A DNA stretch of 64,000 nt from Azolla caroliniana (Eukaryota > Plantae > Polypodiophyta): contig JBHGNT010000008.1 of the NCBI GenBank assembly GCA_043228905.1, positions 20,894,001-20,958,000 on the forward strand. The letters are read 5' to 3'. How positions within the stretch are numbered: the first letter of the stretch is position 1; each line of letters starts with the position of its first letter. A program made the translations under genes and the position numbers. The notes below the pieces were generated by a model. That model searched no databases. It saw only the letters and a list, made by a program, of their open reading frames with translations, and was not told the origin of the DNA. This document shows, in pieces, positions 11,150-23,400 of this stretch.

Positions 11150-13255
11150 TGGAGTATAGACGCGAACTCTGCATTTGAGGGTTTAAAGCAAGCATTTACA
11201 TCCGCACCAATCTTAATCCATGTCGATCCAATGAGGCGCTTTATACTTGAAGCTGATGCATCGGATTTCGCACTCGGAAGTGTACTATCCCAAATTGGTG
11301 ATGATGGTGAACTGCACCCGGTGGCTTTTCACTCACGAAAATTTGAAGCCGCAGAAATCAACTATGAGATTCACGACAAAGAGCTTCTTGCCATTGTGGA
11401 TTCTTTTCAACAATGGCGTCATTTTCTGGAGGGTTCTTCTCAGCAGATTATTGTCTACAATGATCATAAAAATCTAACATACTTTCAAAGTGCTCGAGTC
11501 TTGAATCGACGACAAGCTCGTTGGGCGCAGTTCTTAACTCGTTTCGATTTTGTAATTCTATATCGCCCTGGGATGCAACAAGGAAAAGCAGATGCTTTAT
11601 CTAGACGTTCGTATATGGAACTTCAACCTGGAGAGGCCGCATTTGAAAGCCAAAAGCAAATCCTCTTAGGTCCTGATCGTCTACGAATAATGGCAATGCA
11701 TACCATCAACACACCGGGAGATTCAAGGCTTCTTGATTCCATTCGTGAGCAGATTGCGACTGATGCGTTCGCCCAAGAGGTTTTGAGCCATATTATCCCA
11801 AATCGTGCATCTAGCTCCCAAACTCAAAATCCTCGTCTAGACTACACCCAGTTTAGTTGGCATGATGGGTTACTTTTTCGACAAACTCTCTTGTATGTGC
11901 CTGACGGTCCTTCTCGACTCAAAGTCATGCAACAATGTCATGACACACCAATGGCGGGACACTTCGGCATCCACAAGACTTTTGAGTTGATTACTCGCCG
12001 ATATTGGTGGCCACGGCTTCGCCATTTTGTTACGGATTATGTTCGTAGCTGTGATACATGTTGCCGATCAAAAAAGCCTCGACATCATCCATATGGCTTA
12101 TTACAGCCAATGCCTATTCCGGAGAGCCCATGGAAATCTATTTCCTTGGACTTTATTACGGATCTTCCACCTTCCAAGGGATTTGATTCGATTCTCACTG
12201 TTGTCGATCGTTTTACGAAGATGGCACATTTCCTTCCATGCACAAAGACCATTACTAGTCAAGAGACAGCTGATTTACTCATGCGGGAGGTGTTTCGCCA
12301 TCATGGTCTTCCGGATGATATTATCAGTGATCGGGGTCCCCAATTCATCTCGAAATTTTGGCGGCACATGTTCAGACTCTTACATACTTCTTGTAAACTC
12401 TCTTCCGGCTACCATCCAGAGACTACTGGGCAGAGTGAGCGCACCAACCAAACAGTCGAGCAATATCTACGTTGTTTTGTCAACTATCAACAAGATGATT
12501 GGGTGGATTTACTACCTTTGGCAGAATTTGCTTATAACAACTCCGAGCATTCTTCTACTGGATATTCCCCATTTTTTGCAAACATTGGGTACCATCCTCG
12601 TTGGACGATGCTTGAACATCCTGAACTCCCAAAAAACCCAGCTGCTGAAGATCGGCTCACTCGACTCCAAGAAGTTCAGGATATGCTTTTGCATCATTTA
12701 TGTGAAGCCCAAAACACTCAAAAGAAGATTGCTGACCGTCATCGGCGTGATTCATCGACTACATTTCAAGTAGGCGATCGTGTATGGCTCTTACAAGGTA
12801 GCATTAAAACGACCCGACCTTGCTACAAATTGGATTATCAACGTTTTGGCCCATATGTCATAAGTGGTAAGATCAATGATGTGACATTTCGTCTTGATCT
12901 TCCTCCTCATATGCGTCTTCACCCGGTCTTCCATGTTTCACTTTTGGAGCCTTACACAACGAGCTCTATTCCGGGTCGTGTTACACCTCCCCCACCTCCA
13001 ATTGACGTTTCCAATGGCTCTGAATATGAGGTTGCCGCTATCCTCGACTCCAAGATCATTCGCAACAAACTATACTACTTGGTTGATTGGTTAGGCTATA
13101 CACCTAATGATCGAACATGGGAGCCTGCCGAACATCTTGCCAATGCCTCCGACATGGTTGTTGCATTTCACAACCAATATCCTCATAAACCAAGTCTGAA
13201 CTCTTTTCTTCCGACTCGTGCAACTCGTCATCGAAAAGGGGGGATAATGTCATGA
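11150..13255 (+). CDS. pol: Pol C-terminal part: RNase H, integrase, chromodomain (open frame, no RT)
   Basis: ADASDFALG, DKELLAI, HHCC zinc finger, LDFIT/SDRG DDE core, GPY, chromodomain YEVAAIL…YLVDWLGY…TWEP. Confidence 0.92.
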   Translation, partial: WSIDANSAFEGLKQAFTSAPILIHVDPMRRFILEADASDFALGSVLSQIGDDGELHPVAFHSRKFEAAEINYEIHDKELLAIVDSFQQWRHFLEGSSQQIIVYNDHKNLTYFQSARVLNRRQARWAQFLTRFDFVILYRPGMQQGKADALSRRSYMELQPGEAAFESQKQILLGPDRLRIMAMHTINTPGDSRLLDSIREQIATDAFAQEVLSHIIPNRASSSQTQNPRLDYTQFSWHDGLLFRQTLLYVPDGPSRLKVMQQCHDTPMAGHFGIHKTFELITRRYWWPRLRHFVTDYVRSCDTCCRSKKPRHHPYGLLQPMPIPESPWKSISLDFITDLPPSKGFDSILTVVDRFTKMAHFLPCTKTITSQETADLLMREVFRHHGLPDDIISDRGPQFISKFWRHMFRLLHTSCKLSSGYHPETTGQSERTNQTVEQYLRCFVNYQQDDWVDLLPLAEFAYNNSEHSSTGYSPFFANIGYHPRWTMLEHPELPKNPAAEDRLTRLQEVQDMLLHHLCEAQNTQKKIADRHRRDSSTTFQVGDRVWLLQGSIKTTRPCYKLDYQRFGPYVISGKINDVTFRLDLPPHMRLHPVFHVSLLEPYTTSSIPGRVTPPPPPIDVSNGSEYEVAAILDSKIIRNKLYYLVDWLGYTPNDRTWEPAEHLANASDMVVAFHNQYPHKPSLNSFLPTRATRHRKGGIMS

Positions 13256-14163
13256 AGACATACATCTTGGCTTATCATGACATTCATCTTGGCGAACCAG
13301 GAATCGAACCCATAACCTCTTGGTTTACATATTGTACTTTAACCATTGTAATAACATATGTGAGATGTAATCATAATAATTATATGTTTAGTTATTACGA
13401 GATATTTAGAACATTCTAGATTATTCTAGAATGTTCTTGAATATTTCATGATTATATTTATTATTATTATTATTCATAAATATCTAAAATATTCTAGAAC
13501 ATTCTAGAATACTCCATAAGGGCCTATAAATAAGAGTCCATACACTCATCACAACTCATTCGGTTCAACACCAGTCTTTAGCCCTTAGCCTACTCCTTGT
13601 AATCTTCTTTCTCATAATATAATCGCATTCCCATTTCTTATCTCTCACTTATACTTTTCTCTCTCTCGCACTCTCTCCCTCTTTCACTCTCTTTCTATCA
13701 CTATCGCTATCTCTACCGCTCTCGCCATCTCTATCGTTATCGTTATCTCTATCGCCATCTCTCTCTCTCTCTGCTTCCTACTCAAGAGTCACGACACTTG
13801 TAGAGTAAGTTGAGGACGTAGTGTCGTTGTGAGATCATTATCCCGACTGGTGTTCGAATTACTTCAATGCCTAGGAGGTAATGGAGTTCGTGCAGGTCTT
13901 TCATTTTGAATCTGCCAGAGAGAAGTGTTTTCACTTTGTTGATCTCGGCGAGATCCTTTCCTCCGACGACCAAGTCATCCACGTATAGGATGATGATGAT
14001 CAGGCTACCCGACTCATTTCGGATGTACAGAGGAGTATCGGATTTTGACATCCGAAATCCGACTTGATGAAGATACTATGTGATCTTTGAATGCCAAGCA
14101 CATGGTGCTTGTTTGAGGCTGTAGAGTGGCTTCTTGAGTTGGCATACGGCGTGGAGATGTTTA

Positions 14164-14615
14164 TGTTGTCCAGAGGACAGAAATGTAAATTAGGAAATTA
14201 GCAAACGGCGGTAGTGTAACCGAGTAAGTAAGAAGCCAGCGAACGCCCAGTCCGAGTATCACGGGCTCGGCTGTGTATTAGGGAAACGTTATTTAAACGA
14301 GTTCCAGTACCTCAGAGAGGGGGCAGAAAATATAGGCGGAAGCACTAGCATAGTCCATCGTCACTAGATAATCCTGTAAGGTCACCGGCCATAGGCCGTG
14401 TTCTGTAATCCTTTTGGTGTTGCAGTAATATATCTGATTTGTGCCCATCTTGCTCCATGTGTCTGTGCTTTGGCTCGTACTTATGATTTCAGCGCCGTCC
14501 ACGCCTATCAAGATCTCGCTAGTGTTTTATCTCTGATACCGATAGCCGCAGGTCTATCGAAGGTGTTTACCCAAAGGAACGGGTAACACAATTTCACCCA
14601 AAGGAACGGGTAACA
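14164..14615 (+). mobile_element. Solo LTR with G1/G2-type termini, inside C-E RT
   Basis: TGTTGTCC…GGTAACA; perfect TSD GTTTA (14159-14163, 14616-14620). Confidence 0.88.
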
Positions 14616-14775
14616 GTTTACGCGATTCAAATCCGGATGGTTGTATCATGTACACCTCTTCTTCTAAGTCTCCTTGGAGGAAAGCATTTTTCACGCCATC
14701 TGGTGGAGGTGCCATCCCTTCGTTGTGACGAGTGCAATTATTGTCCGTACAGTCATCATCTTTGCCACCAAGGCC

Positions 14776-15005
14776 AAGGTTTCTTCGTAGTCTACGTCGT
14801 GCGTTTGCGTGTAGCCTTTTGCAACGAGCCGTGCTTTGAAGCGATTTACGAATCCGCCGGCATTGTATTTTACTTTGTATATCCATCTGCAAAGGTTTCT
14901 TCGTAGTCTACGTCGTGCGTTTGTGCGTAGCCTTTCACAACGAGCCATGCTTTGAAGCGATTTACGGATCCGTCGGCATTGTATTTTACTTTGTATATTC
15001 ATCTA
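14776..15005. repeat. 116-bp tandem duplication in Copia RT
   Basis: AAGGTTTCTTCGTAGTCTACG at 14776 and 14892. Confidence 0.9.
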
Positions 15006-17922
15006 TAGCCAATCGCTTTCTTGTTCGGGGGGAGAGGAATGAGATCCCATGTCTCGTTTTTGCATAAAGCTCCCATCTACTCATTCATCCCGTCGACCCA
15101 TTGTGCATCCTTTGCGGCTTCAGAAATCGTTTCCAGTTCCCGTATTGACGCTACTTTCATCATAAAAGTGTAGTGATACGCCATGTACCCGTCGTAGCCG
15201 TAGTAGTTTACGGGGCTCTTTTCACGTGTGGATCGGCGTAGCTCTCGATCCGTGGGGAGTATGGATTTCTTCGCTCCATCTATGCGGATGTCGAAATCTT
15301 CAAATTCACTGTCAAGAGAGTGAAGCATCTCGGTCTCTTCCTAATCTTCATATTCCCGCATTTTCGCCTTCCCTTTGTCTAGCTTCGGACTCGGCCGAGA
15401 TGTGCTTTCATCGCTCGGCGACTCTAATGGCCCACTCAGTCGTGTCGTAATTGGGCTGTCTTCTAACATCTGTGTGAGCTGATCCTTAGGTTCTATTTCT
15501 ATTTCAGTGTCATCCGCATCGAGCGGGGTTGGAGTCGAAGTATTCTCTGGTGCGTACCAGGATGCATATTCGTCGAAGACAACATCTCGACTTGTCCAAA
15601 CCTTATGGGTAGATGGGTTGTAGCATTTGTACCCCTTCAGTTCGAGTGAGTATCCTACGAGGATACATTTCTCCGACTTTGGGTCAAGCTTTTGCCGCGT
15701 ATCATCGGGAATATGTACGTAGGTGATAGAACCTAAAATGTGGACATATGACAAGTCCGGCTTCTTTCTGACGAACTTCTCATGCGGAGTTATATCATGT
15801 ACTCCCAAGGTTGTGCACCTATTCATGAGATATACAACCGTATTTGCCGCTTCTGCCCAATATGATTTTGGCAGGTTCTTCTCGTTTATCATGGCTCGTG
15901 TGACTTCTACTACATGGCGATTTTTACACTCTACTACGCCATTTTGCTGAGGCGTGTGTCGACACGAGAACTCTCGTCGGGTTCCTTCTTTTCGGAGATA
16001 CGCCGTAAATTCATCCGAAAAATATTCTTTGCCTCCATCTGATCGAAGACGGCGTACATGCCGACCTGTAGTGTTTTCGACTTTGGCTTTGAATGTCTAG
16101 AAGTGCCTGAACACTTCACTCTTCTGCTTTATCGGATAGATCCAGGTGTTCCTAGAGAAGTCGTCGATGAACGTGACATAGTATCGGCATCTGCCGAATG
16201 TTGTTGTCTGGGCTGGTCACCACACATCTGAATGTACGACATCCAGGATTCCTTTGCTCACGTTCCGCTCTTTAGGGAATGGCTGACGGCGTTGCTTTCC
16301 GAACTGACATGCTTCGCATACGCTTGTAATCTCCTTCGCCATAATGTTTGGGAGTCCGATTACAACTCCTTTTGATTGCATGTTCTGGAGCTTTTGGAGA
16401 TTGATGTGGCCAATTCTCTTGTGCAAACATGGCCGACTTTACCTCGCTCAATTCGAGGATGAACATACGGCCTTCATGACGGTCGTGAGCTATGACTTGA
16501 TCGCCTTTTTCGATGAAGAACCCATCATTATTGAAGCGTACTTGCATTCCTTGTTCGACAATCTGGCCAACTAAGACCAGGTTTTTTGTAATAGTGGGGA
16601 CATGCAACACATTCTTGAGGTAGGTCTGTTTGTCATGGTTTCCGAATGGGACGTTCCCGATATGCTATATTGGGTGAGTCGTGTCATCTCTTGTTTCAAC
16701 ATATCCGGGACGTTCGGGCTTCCGTAGTCCTTGAAACCAATCTTCATGGGATGTCATGTGATTGGATGCTCCCGAATCGACAAACCATACTTTGTTCGGA
16801 GTGGAAGCGGTAGTTGATGCAAATGCGGACATTGAGTGCACTTCATGCTTCATTATGAACATTCTGCCGCAGTCGTTGTAGTTGGAGTTCGTGGCATAAT
16901 TTGTTAGTTTTCGGCCTTGCTCACGCTCCTTCTTCCAACACTCCTCTTCGTAGTGGCCGGGTTTTCCGCAGTACCCGCACTCAACTGGGTTCCTACGGTT
17001 GCTTGGTCCGGCATGATGACTCCCCCTTCGGCCGAACTCTCTGGGGCCGTTTCTATCCGCTTGCCATTGGTGGGAGTTACTCTCTTGGTTGTGTTGGCCT
17101 TGGCCGAATCAACCTCTCCTTCTGCGGCTTTGTCCTCTTCCTCCATCGAAGTTCGAATATAGCATTTTTCTGTCATGCGCGTTGTTCTTTTGACGCAAGT
17201 GATTCTCTTCGACTAGCAACAATGATTGGAGATCAAATAAGGAGGGAGGATTCTCTCTCGTGAGAACGGATGATTTTATTGCGCCAAATCGCGATGCCAA
17301 GCCACCGAGGCATATCTGCACCATTTCTTTGTTGTCAATGCTAACATTGATCGATCCAAGGGCATCACATAACTCCTTGATCTTTAAGGTGTAGTTGCCG
17401 ATTGACATTTGACATGTCCCTTTGTTGAAGATTGTTCAACTCCTATCGAAGTTGGAGCTTTCGTGCGGCCGTATTGGTTGCAAAAATCTTCTTGAGGTTT
17501 TCCCATGCCTGTTTCAGCGTTTTTGCCTCTCGAATGTAGCCAAGCATATGATCATGAACGCATGATGCAAGGCAATACAACACACAACTTGTGGCGTACT
17601 CCCAAGCAGGATAGTCGGCGTGTGTTGGGTTGGGTTGTGATTCATGAGCTCCTTCGATGTAGCTCCAGTAGCCTTGTCCGACAAGGTATTGATACATCTT
17701 GTATTCCCAAGATGCAAAGTTCGTTCTGTCGAGCTTCTTGATAGGAAGAGTGTTGCCCATTTGAGTATTCATGGTGATTTCTTCTCTATTGATGGGCCGG
17801 TTCTGTTGATCGTTGGCGTGCAACACAACATAGTCAAATAGGCTTAATTAGGCAACCACACGCTCTAAGATCATGTAACGGAATGGGAGGCAAGAGTGAT
17901 TGCAATGCAGCGGAAGAAGATT

Positions 17923-17956
<34 letters not shown>

Positions 17957-18191
17957 CAACAGAGGGAGGGAGAGAGAGAGCTCTTAAGGCAGAGATAGAA
18001 AAAATTGTATATTAACCAAAAATACATCAAACATAAAACATCCAACAGTAACTAAGTTACAATGAGTTGGTTTATATACCAACTAAGCTAGGGCAAGTGC
18101 CCTTTATACTATTTACAAAACTAGCCCAACATGTCCATGAGCAAATGTGAAACCTATCTATGGGAAGTTGAGTTCGACTCTCAACAATCCC

Positions 18192-18640
18192 TAATCAAAA
18201 GAAAAGGTAGTTCTTCGCGTATATTAGGGGCATAGGAAGGTGCCTACTACTCCAAAATTTGGCATCTAAAACCCCAATTAAAAATAGGTGGGCATCACAC
18301 AACGTACCTGACTTCTTCTTACACAGGTTTTGGGAGAAACAATGGATTACTGATCTCGCTCTACAAACGAAGTCATTTTTCTTGTTGCTCAGCCATTGTA
18401 CCCTTCCAACCGGGGAATGGGGCAACAAACGTGGTCTGCACCCAACTTGTCACTTGTGTGGTGAAGTAACTGAATCATCTCAGCATTGCTTCAGGTACTA
18501 TGTATATGCACAGGAAAGATGGAAATGAAGTTTACGTATACTAGCTCGCAACGGAGGTTATGGAGGTGGTCCAATGGCTCACGACGGACCAAGAATCATG
18601 GTTTCCCCAATTCACCAAATCAGGCCCCTTCATGCAACTG
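18192..18640 (+). mobile_element. LINE ORF2 remnant, part 2 (C-terminal CCHC)
   Basis: CHLCGEVTESSQHCF; bounded by TSDs of two Copia insertions. Confidence 0.8.
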
Positions 18641-20019
18641 TGAAAGAAATAGTGCGGAATATTGCTCAGCCACAACCGAGTCTTCAATCACTTCAATGAG
18701 AATCAAACACAAAAATGGGAAATGGGGAGAGAACACACATACACGCATAGACAATAGAGAGTACACAAGATGTTTACGTCGAAAACCCTAATAGGGGAAA
18801 ACCACGGGAGCCCATCGATTCCGAACTAACACTATATGAGAAAGGTACAGTCAGAGACTCCGAGGCAATGACCTCCAACTCTGTTTCTTCGCCAAGCGGT
18901 GATTACAATAGAAACCATTGTGTATCTCACTCTCACTCTGTCTTTGTCTATACAACAATTATACATACAATAATATGACAACAACATAATGAGTGATTGC
19001 CCTAAGTCATATTTATACTTATATGAACTTAGGGCTATTTACAAATATAGCCTCAATAGGCTTACTCAAAACATATTTACAAATATGTCTTCTCTTCCGG
19101 TTCTCACCGGGTCCATCCGATCCAGTTTCCGGATATCTTCCGGTTCTCACAAGGTCCATCTTCATTCATAACAGGATCCCATCTGGAGGGACTAATTTCC
19201 CAACAATCTCCCCCTTCACTCCGGCATGGGATGTCTCGCCAACCCGATCTACTCTCGGCACGTGTCCAGCTTGTTGGTTGTCAACACCTTGGTCAACATG
19301 TCCGAAATTCGAGCCGGATTCCCTTCGACCAACAATACTCCTCGAGCTACCCCATGTATTCTCCTCTGTTGTCCTCTCGAACCATCTTCAGCTTCAGGCT
19401 GGTTTCTCTTTCCACTCTTGCGTGGAGCTCCTTGAAGAAGAATAATACCTGATCCTTTGTCTTCAACGGTGAGACGCACAACTTCCGGTTGTGGTCGTCT
19501 ATGAACGTCATGAAGTACTGCGATCCGGCATGTAACTTCCTTGTTGTCCGCTGGAATAGTAACTGAGGGACAAGAGCGTAGGAATAAGAAATAATATAAG
19601 ATCATAACGCATGTAACGGTTCACGCAGTAAACGTGAACGGCTAAAAAGACCCTGCGTATATAAAGGACAAAAAACCTCTGATAGAGGGAGCATGTAATT
19701 TTGGAATGTAAAGAAGCGTATCATAATAGAATTCTATCTTCTTTGAAAATCTGGGTATAGCTACGGCTAGTCTACTGTGTGTCTGGAATACCTGAGAGTG
19801 TAAGAATGTGAGTGTGTAACCACTGATATGGAGTCGGTTGTAGCCGTCTCCTTTATACGTTGCTAGGTTATGGGGAACATTCCCCTACGTATTACGCATA
19901 GACGCCACCATTCGTTGTTTCACAATCACTTGGAGGTCTAGGTCGAAGGACTGACCGCAGACCGTGTTCCTAATCGGTAACACTTTTGGCACACTTGGTG
20001 ATTCTGTGTCTTCTCACAG

Positions 20020-20326
20020 ACAAACAACGACAAATGGATGTTTAGCCGCAGATGCCCTAGAGAACCAACATGACAAGACTGGCCAATCACAAGGTCCGTC
20101 ACACGCCAGGTAGAGGAATGCGCACGGCAAAAGCCTCACCTCAGCGACCTCACTACTACCTATCGTGATTACAAACAACGACAAATGGATGTTTAGCCGC
20201 AGATGCCCTAGAGAACCAACATGACAAGATTGGCCAATCACAAGGTCCGTCACACGCCAGGTAGAGGAATGCGCACGGCAAAAGCCTCACCTCAGCGACC
20301 TCACTACTACCTATCATGATTACAAA
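20020..20326. repeat. 151-bp tandem duplication in the G2 leader
   Basis: ACAAACAACGACAAATGG at 20020 and 20171. Confidence 0.92.
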
Positions 20327-20422
20327 GGTGATTCTACGCTCTCCAAATACCTCGACGATACGCGGGGAGCACGCTCACCATAGCAACATTGTGGTCTTTC
20401 CCAACCTGCCGTAGCCTCCAGC

Positions 20423-23400
20423 ATGGCCTTTGCCTATCCCTGCTTTAACGGAGAAACCGACACCGCAACCCATATTCGCATGTTCCTCAATGTTTGGAAT
20501 GCGAACCACATGGCGCAGAGCCTTTCGGAGGCGGTAGCACACTAGTCGAAAATGACGGAGTTCGGGTTAACATTGGATGGGCGAGCAGCATTTTGGCATT
20601 CACAAATGGATTTGCCAGTAATCACGACCTTCGATCAACTGCAATCCGCTTTCTTGCGGTTCTTCCATCGGAGGGTTCCACAATGCGAAATCCTTGGATA
20701 ATTCTATACGATTAAGCAACTGCCGATTGAGACGATCGCAGAATTCAGCTTACGTTTCCAAATTTTACGGCGAAAACTAGAACAGAGCCCCGCGGAGGAC
20801 AAGGCTCGAGAGAGATTTCTGGCAGCATTACGCCGAGTCCCCATACAAACAACGCTCAACAACAATAGCATGAAAGGGGAAACAATGGATATGATCATTG
20901 AACGAGCGCTACAGCTCGAGTTGGACGAGGAGGAGGAAAGGTTTTCTATGTCCTTCTTACGACAAGAGTTACCCCAGGACGAGGAACACCAGTTTCGTCA
21001 AGCAATCTAGTGCACGATTTGCTTGAACTCGGGGCATTCCGCAATGGAGTGCAACATGCGAATCCACTACCCAATCTGCCACTCGAAGGCTCACATAGTC
21101 GACCAATGCGAATACAATATGTTGAACAGAGCCGCTCCCACATTACGCAGCATGGACACACAGCGTCCCCCATGCCGTACTGAACAAAGGAGGCAAGAAG
21201 ACCGACCACGGTATGTGGATCGCAAGCCACATGACGACCGGAACCACCAGAATCGCCAGAATCACAACGATTCCGAGGAAGACGAACCAGAGGATGAGGA
21301 TTACCGTGGACCTTTGAGTTATGCTAAAGGGGGCCGGCGCTATGAGAATCACCGGCCAGCAAACAAACATGGCAGCTTCAATGGTTATTGTGGGAAGCTA
21401 CGCCAATATCGAGACCACCGGCGTTATGACGAAAGCTCGGGAGATGAGCGACACCAAGAGCCACGCTGGGACCAACAGCAACCTAGACATTATGCCACGC
21501 AATGCCCAACACGCAAGGGCAAGGGTTCCACCGTCAATACAATTACGGCGGAAGTGCAGCAAGTCACGACACGCCAACAAACAAAAATGACTTATTGGGC
21601 CGCGCAAGATGAGATACAACGACAAGCCCAGGCATGGGTGGAAAAAGAAAACGGGACCAATACAGAGCGCATGCGGAAGGAGTCCGCAAATACGAGGGAG
21701 TGAGTGGAGGACGAACGACCCATCCCGGACCCCATTTGGCAAGCATTAGCGGGCTGTGAGATAACGTTAACCATAGTGAAGCTGTTGTAGCTAGTCCCAC
21801 GCTTCCGCCAGACCATGGAAGAACGGGTGACGGGCATACCCGGGGTGAGCGTCACTACAAAACTTACAGACGTTAGCGACGGACCGCCTATAGTGGATCA
21901 CCACAACCTGGCTATTACATTGATATTACACGGACAAGAAATTCCTGGATGCGTAGTCGACGGCGGCTCAGGTGTTAATGTAATTAGTGCGAAAACTTGC
22001 GAGCAGTTAGGCATTTCAGAATGGGAGGCTTGCCCATTCTGGCTCAGAATTGTAGATACCTGCTCAGTATGACCATTGGGGTTAATTCGCAAGATAGGCA
22101 TTCTCGTGGGCGGACATCGCTTCGACATCTCAGTTGTCGTCCTCGCCTTGGACGCCCTAGGGGCATACCTAGTGCTTCTGGGCAGACCATGGCTTCGGCC
22201 AGCAAATATCAAGCAGAGCTAGCAACACAAGTGTATCAGTTTCCGACATGGACGCACTAAGGTTCGTGTACCTACGGAAGGAAGCACGCCACAACCCCAA
22301 GGGTATAACACCATTATACGCAGAAGATATAAATATGCTAGCTGGGGTGGAGGATGCAGAATTAGAGGCATACCTAGATGAGCACCCTCGGATCATTCCG
22401 TTGTTCGAAATCGACGTCATCGCAACCACGGCAGAATATGCCACGTCTACTATTCTCCATGATGAGGCTTACGAACCAAACCCAGAGTCCATATTGGAAC
22501 TTAGCAGAGCACAGACGACATTCGAAAGGGAAATGGAAATTTCACGACGAGTCACCGCCTCCGCCTTGGAAGAAGTAAATGTGGGTACGGAGTCAAAACC
22601 CCGTTTCCTCTCCATCGCAAAGGAATTAAGGCCGAACCAGAGAAACACGATGATCGCACTACTCAAGAAATATAAAGATGTGTTCGCTTGGGCTCACGAG
22701 GACATGAAGGGGTTAGATCCCAAGTTTTATCAACATAAGATCAATTTAGCAACCAACGCAAAACCCGTCCAACAGTGCCGCTACCGCATGAACCCGAACT
22801 ACGCGACCCACGTAAAAGAAGAAATTGACAAACTCCTGAAGGTTGGGTTCATACGGCCACATAGTTAAGTCCGATAGTAGTCATTCCAAAGAAAAATGGC
22901 AAAATACGGGTATGCACCATCCGGCTCTCCGTAGCCGGGTACTCCTCATCCAGTTCATACCGGGCCTGCACCATCCGGCACTCCGTAGCCGGTACTCCTC
23001 ATCCGGTTCATACCGGGCCTGCACCATCCGGCTCTCCATAGCCGGGTACTCCTCATCCGGTCTTCACCGGGTTTGTTCATCGTCACTGATCTTCTTCCTT
23101 CCCATCCGGAGGGACCTGTTTCCCAACAAACTCCCCCTTCACTCCGGCATGGGGTGTCTTACCAGCCCGATCTTCTTCCGGCATGCGTTCAGCTTGTCGG
23201 GTGTCAACACTTTGGTCAGCATATCTAACCCGTTCTCGATCGTGTGGATCTTCGTCAGTGCGAACTCCTGGTCATCTACTCTTTCCCGGATCCAGTGATA
23301 CCTCCGCTGGATATGCTTCGTCCGGGAATGGTAGGCCGCATTCTTAGCAAGGTGGATGGCACTTTGACTGTCGCAGTAGAGTCGGCATTCCTCTTGCCGG

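Larger units (their letters stand above)
9157..13796 (+). mobile_element. Gypsy chromovirus (Tcn1-like), young, RT-less and internally rearranged
   Basis: Perfect TSD CTTGT (9152-9156, 13797-13801); 9157-9477 appears identical to 13248-13568; full 3' LTR 13248-13796; PPT GAAAAGGGGGGA 13233-13244. Confidence 0.95.
8975..18186 (-). mobile_element. Ty1/Copia element (C-E), degenerate; 5' LTR 17874-18186, truncated 3' LTR 8975-~9072
   Basis: TSD ATCCC at 8970-8974 and 18187-18191; gag, protease (WFVDSGASNHM), integrase (LDVVHSDVW), RT (YVDDL) on minus; RT end and RNase H deleted at a GA microsatellite. Confidence 0.9.
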
